DNA of 64,000 nt from Bacillota bacterium (lineage in GTDB: Bacteria; Bacillota; Desulfotomaculia; Desulfotomaculales; Desulforudaceae). A model generated the notes under the pieces. That model did not search any database. It had not been told where the DNA came from and worked only from the letters and a program-made list of their open reading frames with translations. The stretch is from assembly GCA_040757205.1 (NCBI GenBank), contig JBFLXL010000007.1, positions 44,143 to 108,142 on the forward strand, in the 5' to 3' direction. Shown here in pieces: positions 60,011-64,000 of this stretch (the first letter of the stretch is position 1; each line of letters begins with the position of its first letter). Position numbers and translations under genes: made by a program.

Positions 60011-61086
60011 CGTGAGCGGACGTCCACCGCCAGCCGGGCCGCCGCGCCGCAAGCCAGGAAAAACTCGGGTGTGGCGTGCCGGTCCCGCCCCATGGTGGTT
60101 ACGTTCAGCCCGTGGCGCTCAAGCCCGGAGAGCGCCGCGCTCCCGTCGGCGATCACCACCTGGTGGCGCGCGCTCACCCCGGCCGCCGACAGCTGCGCCT
60201 CCAGAGCGGCCAGGGCGTGAGCGTCATCCAGGCGCGGCAGGGCCACCAGGGCCGGCGCCAGCGCCACCTTCCCTAAGGCGGTCAGGGTGTGGTGGCTCAC
60301 CCCCCGGTGGCGCTCCCGGGGGTCGGCGAAACTGATCCGCGGGATGGCGATCGGCACCCCGCCCAGCACTCCCGCCGCGTTGACAAGCTCCCCCTGCTCG
60401 ATCCCCGTAAACCCGAAGGCCTGCGCCGTCCCCACGATCCCCGGCCCCATCGCCGCCAGGATGATGTCCGCCCCCGCCGCCTCCCGCGCGGCCAGCATCC
60501 CGCTGTAGACGTTGACCGCCTCGAAGTCGCCCCCGAAGGCGTGCCCGCAGGTCACGGTCGCGTGCACCAGCCCCGCCTCTTTGAGCCGGCCCGCCAGCCG
60601 GCTGAATGCCAGCGGCAGCGCCCCCCCGTCGGTCATCAGGTACACCACTTTGAGCTCCGGCGCCAGCTCCCCCACCGCCGCCGCGAACGGCCCGAGCATG
60701 CTGTGCAGGGAGCCCGCCACCACCGGGAGCCCGTCCAGCCCCGCGGAATCCCGCAGCCGCTCCGCGTGCGGGCTCGCGTCCTCCTCCACCGCCAGCACCG
60801 GCACCTGGTACGGCGTGTACCTGAGCTTCATGATGTGGCCCGCCTTCGGTCCGTCGTGCTCCAGCCGCGCCAGGTTCACCATCACGAAGTGCACGCCCCC
60901 GGTCCCGAGTTCCAGTGCCACCGCCCCGGTGTTCAGGACCACGCGGTCCCCCACCGCCACCGAACCGGTGACATGGTCGTAGTTGACCGCTCGCTCCACC
61001 CGGCCCTCGACCTCCACCAGCACCTCGGACACCCCCGGGCGCTCTTCCACCACTCCCACGACCCGCCCCGGCCGCATTCTGATCAA
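59983..61086 (-). CDS. DUF3866-like conserved protein
   Basis: The conserved-looking part begins near LIRMRPGRVVGVVEERPG. TTG at 61086 or ATG at 61077. The upstream part of the track ORF is low-complexity. Confidence 0.55.
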   Translation of the reverse strand: MIRMRPGRVVGVVEERPGVSEVLVEVEGRVERAVNYDHVTGSVAVGDRVVLNTGAVALELGTGGVHFVMVNLARLEHDGPKAGHIMKLRYTPYQVPVLAVEEDASPHAERLRDSAGLDGLPVVAGSLHSMLGPFAAAVGELAPELKVVYLMTDGGALPLAFSRLAGRLKEAGLVHATVTCGHAFGGDFEAVNVYSGMLAAREAAGADIILAAMGPGIVGTAQAFGFTGIEQGELVNAAGVLGGVPIAIPRISFADPRERHRGVSHHTLTALGKVALAPALVALPRLDDAHALAALEAQLSAAGVSARHQVVIADGSAALSGLERHGLNVTTMGRDRHATPEFFLACGAAARLAVDVRSRCLQRPRRS

Positions 61087-61424
61087 CGGCGCATCCCCCC
61101 GGAGAAAGCTTGTCTTATACAGTATATTCCTGGATGCCGGAAACGCAAAGTATGCGGGGGGACGGAACCGACCGGGATTTTCAGGGAACCCCTCCGAAAA
61201 AAGTGTTAGGGGCCTAGCCCCTTTTTGCCTCCGGTGGCGGCGAGGAATCGATCGTCGTGAGCGACTCCCTCGGCTTTGGCCGTGGAAGCCGTGGAAAGGG
61301 GTTGTTTCCCGCAACCGGTGGCGGGTGGGGCGGGGGCGGGTGGGGCATGGCGGGTTTGCATGGTGAAATGTTCCGGCAAATGGGTTATAATTTCTGGTAA
61401 TCAAGTAATGAGGAGGTATCTGGC

Positions 61425-61700
61425 ATGGGATCACCGGAAGAAGTGCTGTTCGAGAGCGAGGAACACAAAACCCTTTCTGAGATCGCCGCTTTTTTGCGGG
61501 CGGCGGCCGACGGCCTGGAGCAGGGGGTCTTGGTCCTGACCCAGGACGAGCGCCGGGTGGAGGTCCGCCCGCCGGGGGAAGCGATGCTCGAGATCGAGTA
61601 CGAGGTCGAGGACGACGAGCACGAACTGGAAATTGAGATCAAGTGGCGGGCACAGGCCGCGCCGGGCGCAGAGGACGAGGAACCTGATCAGGACGACTAG
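61425..61700 (+). CDS. Amphi-Trp domain protein (small acidic)
   Basis: Pattern FESEEHKTLSEIAAFLRAAADGLEQGVLVL...LEIEYEVEDDEHELEIEIKW. AGGAGG RBS. Confidence 0.6.
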   Translation: MGSPEEVLFESEEHKTLSEIAAFLRAAADGLEQGVLVLTQDERRVEVRPPGEAMLEIEYEVEDDEHELEIEIKWRAQAAPGAEDEEPDQDD

Positions 61701-63512
61701 TCATCGTGAAAACGGGCCCGGCGAGCCCGGCTTGCCTTTCCTCAGGGCCTCCCGGCCCGCGGCGGTCAAGGCCACCACCGGGTATTCCCGGCCTTCAATA
61801 GTGAGGTGGCCGTCCGCCAGCAGACGGTCGATCAGCTCCAGGACCGCTTGGCCGCTTCTGCTCCCCAGGGCCCGGTAGTAAATCAGGTGGTTATACCCGT
61901 AGGCCGACAGGCCGGGAGGGTTGGCCCCCCGCAGAATGTCGGCCAGTTTCTTTTTGCCGACGCCCCGAGGCAGCGCGCGCACACAGGCCAATACGAGCAG
62001 TGGCTCCCGGGAAAGCTCCGGCTCACCCGCGGCCGCCGCCAGGCAGTTGTCACAGCAGCGCGGCGCGCTCCCCCCGGATTCTTCGCCGAAATACGCCAGC
62101 AGCATCGTCCTGCGGCAGCGGGTGGTATTGGCCCAGTTCACCACGGTCGCCAGCTTGTCCTTGCGGTGAGACGACCGGTTTTCCACCTCCTGCAGCGCGG
62201 CCTCCACCGCCCCGGGAGGCGGGCGCTTCCCCGGCTCCACATAGAGGCTGTCCTCGTCGCGGTCAGCCAGCCTGATCGCCTGCAGCCGTTCCAGCATACC
62301 GACCACCAGCCGTTGCTTCGTCTCACTCAAGCCCGCCCGCTCCAACTCGGCTGTTGGTACGACGGACCGTCCCCCGTCGACAAACCGGCCACAGGTCCGC
62401 CAGAACAGATTCAGGTCGTCCCGGGTGACCGTACTTTGATCAATGAACCATTCCTGCAGGCTTTTATCCTTCAAGGAGAACAGCAGCCGGCACTCGGCCG
62501 GCAGGCCGTCGCGTCCGGCCCGGCCGATCTCCTGGTAGTAGGCCTCCAGTGATCCCGGCAGACTGTAGTGGATGACAAAGCGGATATTGGCCTTGTCGAT
62601 ACCCATGCCGAAGGCGTTGGTGGCGGCCACCACCCTGACTTCTTCCTTGATGAAGGCCTCCTGTACGGCGCTGCGCCTCTCGGAGGACAGACCGGCGTGG
62701 TAACATTCGGCCGAAATTTCCAAAGCGTCGCGCACCCAGGCCGCCACCGCTTCGCTCTCCCTGCGGGTGGCGGCGTAGATAATGCCGCTGCCCGGCTGCC
62801 GCCGCAAAAACTCCCGCAGTGACCCCTGTTTCTCCCGTTCACCGTCCACCCTTTCCGCGGAAATATACAGGTTGGGCCGGTCACTCCCCGCCGCCACCAC
62901 CATGGCCCCCGGAATCCCAAGTTGCGCGCGGATATCCCGTTGCACCTCCGGCGTGGCCGTGGCGGTAAGCGCCAAAATTCGGGGGCGGCGCGGCAATTGT
63001 TCGTAGAAATTCCGGATCCAGAGATAGTCCGGCCGGAAGTCGTGACCCCACTGGGAAATACAGTGGGCCTCGTCCACCACCAGGAGATCGAGCGGGATTT
63101 CCTTGGTTAACTCCAGAAAACTTCTGTTTCGGAGCCGCTCCGGGGCAATATAGACCAGCTTGAACGCACCGTTCAGAAGGCCGCGCATTCTCTGCCGGTA
63201 CTCATTGGGGTTGATCTGGCTGTTAAGCAAGGTGGCCTGGCCGAAGTCCTTCGCACGCAGGTTGTCCAACTGGTCTTTCATCAAGGCGATCAGGGGGGAA
63301 ATCACCAAAGTGAGGCCGGGAAGCAGCAAGGACGGGAGCTGGTAGCAGAGGGACTTCCCGCTGCCGGTCGGCATGACGGCCAGGACATCCTCTCCGGCCA
63401 GGCTCGCTTCGATGACCTCCTTCTGGCCGGGACGGAACTGATTGAAGCCGAACCGCCGGGATAAGGTTTCGTGCAGAAGGGGATTCGTGGCCATACTGAC
63501 ATGATACACCAA
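61701..63512 (-). CDS. recQ: ATP-dependent DNA helicase RecQ
   Basis: FRPGQKE, TGSGKSLCYQ, DEAHCISQWGHDFR, RQC zinc cysteines and an HRDC-like tail. The start may be ATG at 63494. Confidence 0.9.
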   Translation of the reverse strand: MVYHVSMATNPLLHETLSRRFGFNQFRPGQKEVIEASLAGEDVLAVMPTGSGKSLCYQLPSLLLPGLTLVISPLIALMKDQLDNLRAKDFGQATLLNSQINPNEYRQRMRGLLNGAFKLVYIAPERLRNRSFLELTKEIPLDLLVVDEAHCISQWGHDFRPDYLWIRNFYEQLPRRPRILALTATATPEVQRDIRAQLGIPGAMVVAAGSDRPNLYISAERVDGEREKQGSLREFLRRQPGSGIIYAATRRESEAVAAWVRDALEISAECYHAGLSSERRSAVQEAFIKEEVRVVAATNAFGMGIDKANIRFVIHYSLPGSLEAYYQEIGRAGRDGLPAECRLLFSLKDKSLQEWFIDQSTVTRDDLNLFWRTCGRFVDGGRSVVPTAELERAGLSETKQRLVVGMLERLQAIRLADRDEDSLYVEPGKRPPPGAVEAALQEVENRSSHRKDKLATVVNWANTTRCRRTMLLAYFGEESGGSAPRCCDNCLAAAAGEPELSREPLLVLACVRALPRGVGKKKLADILRGANPPGLSAYGYNHLIYYRALGSRSGQAVLELIDRLLADGHLTIEGREYPVVALTAAGREALRKGKPGSPGPFSR

Positions 63513-63639
63513 TTACCTGGAATGTCCTGCTGTTTTCGGACGGTGCTCAATAGTTTCAATTCCTCTTGCCATCGCAGACCAGGGGAGCAACTCATCTAAG
63601 GGGAGATAACTGGAAATAAAAAATGAGCAGTTGACGACA

Positions 63640-64000
63640 AGGTGGTCCAATTTTCGGTGAGCGCACTGGTTCAATTTTCGTTGACTCGTGTTTGACACTT
63701 CAATTTTAGAAAGTCCCGCATATCAAGGCTTTGCGGGCATGAGTACGAGGCGTACCACCACACTTCCCCTGGGGGGTGATCATAGCTCCATTACCTGAGA
63801 TGGCACCCGAAGGCCCACGGCCTTGAAACCCCAGTAGGCATCTCCTTGGATCTGGGTGCGGACGATGAAGTCCTTGCCGTTGATCGTCAGGCGTACGGCC
63901 TTGATGCTCTCAAGGTCCCGCCGCACCTTGCTGCAGGAGAGATCCGGCCGGGCGACCTGCAGGAGCTGGCGGAGCCGGCACTCCAGGTAGAAGGCGAGAA
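63640..64000 (-). mobile_element. End of an IS element (IS4/IS1634-like) with transposase C-terminus
   Basis: The partial ORF 63780-64000 reads ...LAFYLECRLRQLL...LESIKAVRLTINGKDFIVRTQIQGDAYWGFKAVGLRV. Subterminal repeats GGTCCAATTTTCGGTGA / GGTTCAATTTTCGTTGA / CTTCAATTTTAG lie at 63642-63710. Confidence 0.6.

Overview
GC-rich chromosomal segment from an endospore-forming Firmicute; the gene order looks Clostridia/Peptococcaceae-like. Most genes lie on the minus strand and are housekeeping or sporulation functions. In window order: spoVAE(partial)-spoVAD-spoVAC, dodecin, sigF-spoIIAB-spoIIAA with dacF, tRNA-Trp, a perfect heptad-repeat protein, an EF-G paralog, spoVB, surE and ypmA-like. Then a translationally coupled 7-deazaguanine operon (queD-queC-DUF366-like-queE-folE), a TPR protein, deoC, ddl, a PLC-like membrane protein and a metallophosphoesterase. 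Next come a thioredoxin-like ORF with an in-frame TGA, an endonuclease III-like gene, a decayed serine-recombinase fragment beside tRNA-Leu, fumarate hydratase alpha/beta, and a degenerate MoxR-like AAA plus frameshifted VWA/metallopeptidase pair. These are followed by ydjC, a Na/Pi transporter, ytpB, feoAB with a DtxR-type regulator, spoIID, class II RNR nrdJ, gap and an ECF sigma/anti-sigma pair. The last third holds yaiI, DUF1540, an sbcD-sbcC-like fusion followed by addB-addA, a ttuC-like dehydrogenase, pdp-deoB, xerD, spoIIM, DUF3866, an amphi-Trp protein, recQ and the end of an IS element. The most unusual signal is a family of GC-rich, stop-codon-free, hairpin-forming repeats. Their core is GGGGCACCCACGCCAGTGGGTCGGGTCGGG, flanked by GGGYRCCC units. 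They are inserted in frame, in both orientations, at eight places inside addA, addB and the sbcDC-like gene, plus one nearby intergenic copy; I saw none in the other ~50 kb. Other leads: a candidate selenoprotein, an uncharacterised gene embedded in the preQ0 operon, a coiled-coil-less SbcD-SbcC fusion, three loci where a gene 3' end is duplicated ~70 nt downstream, and an 11 x 21-nt perfect tandem repeat encoding heptads. All calls come from reading the translations and the DNA by eye. Family names are recalled, not searched.
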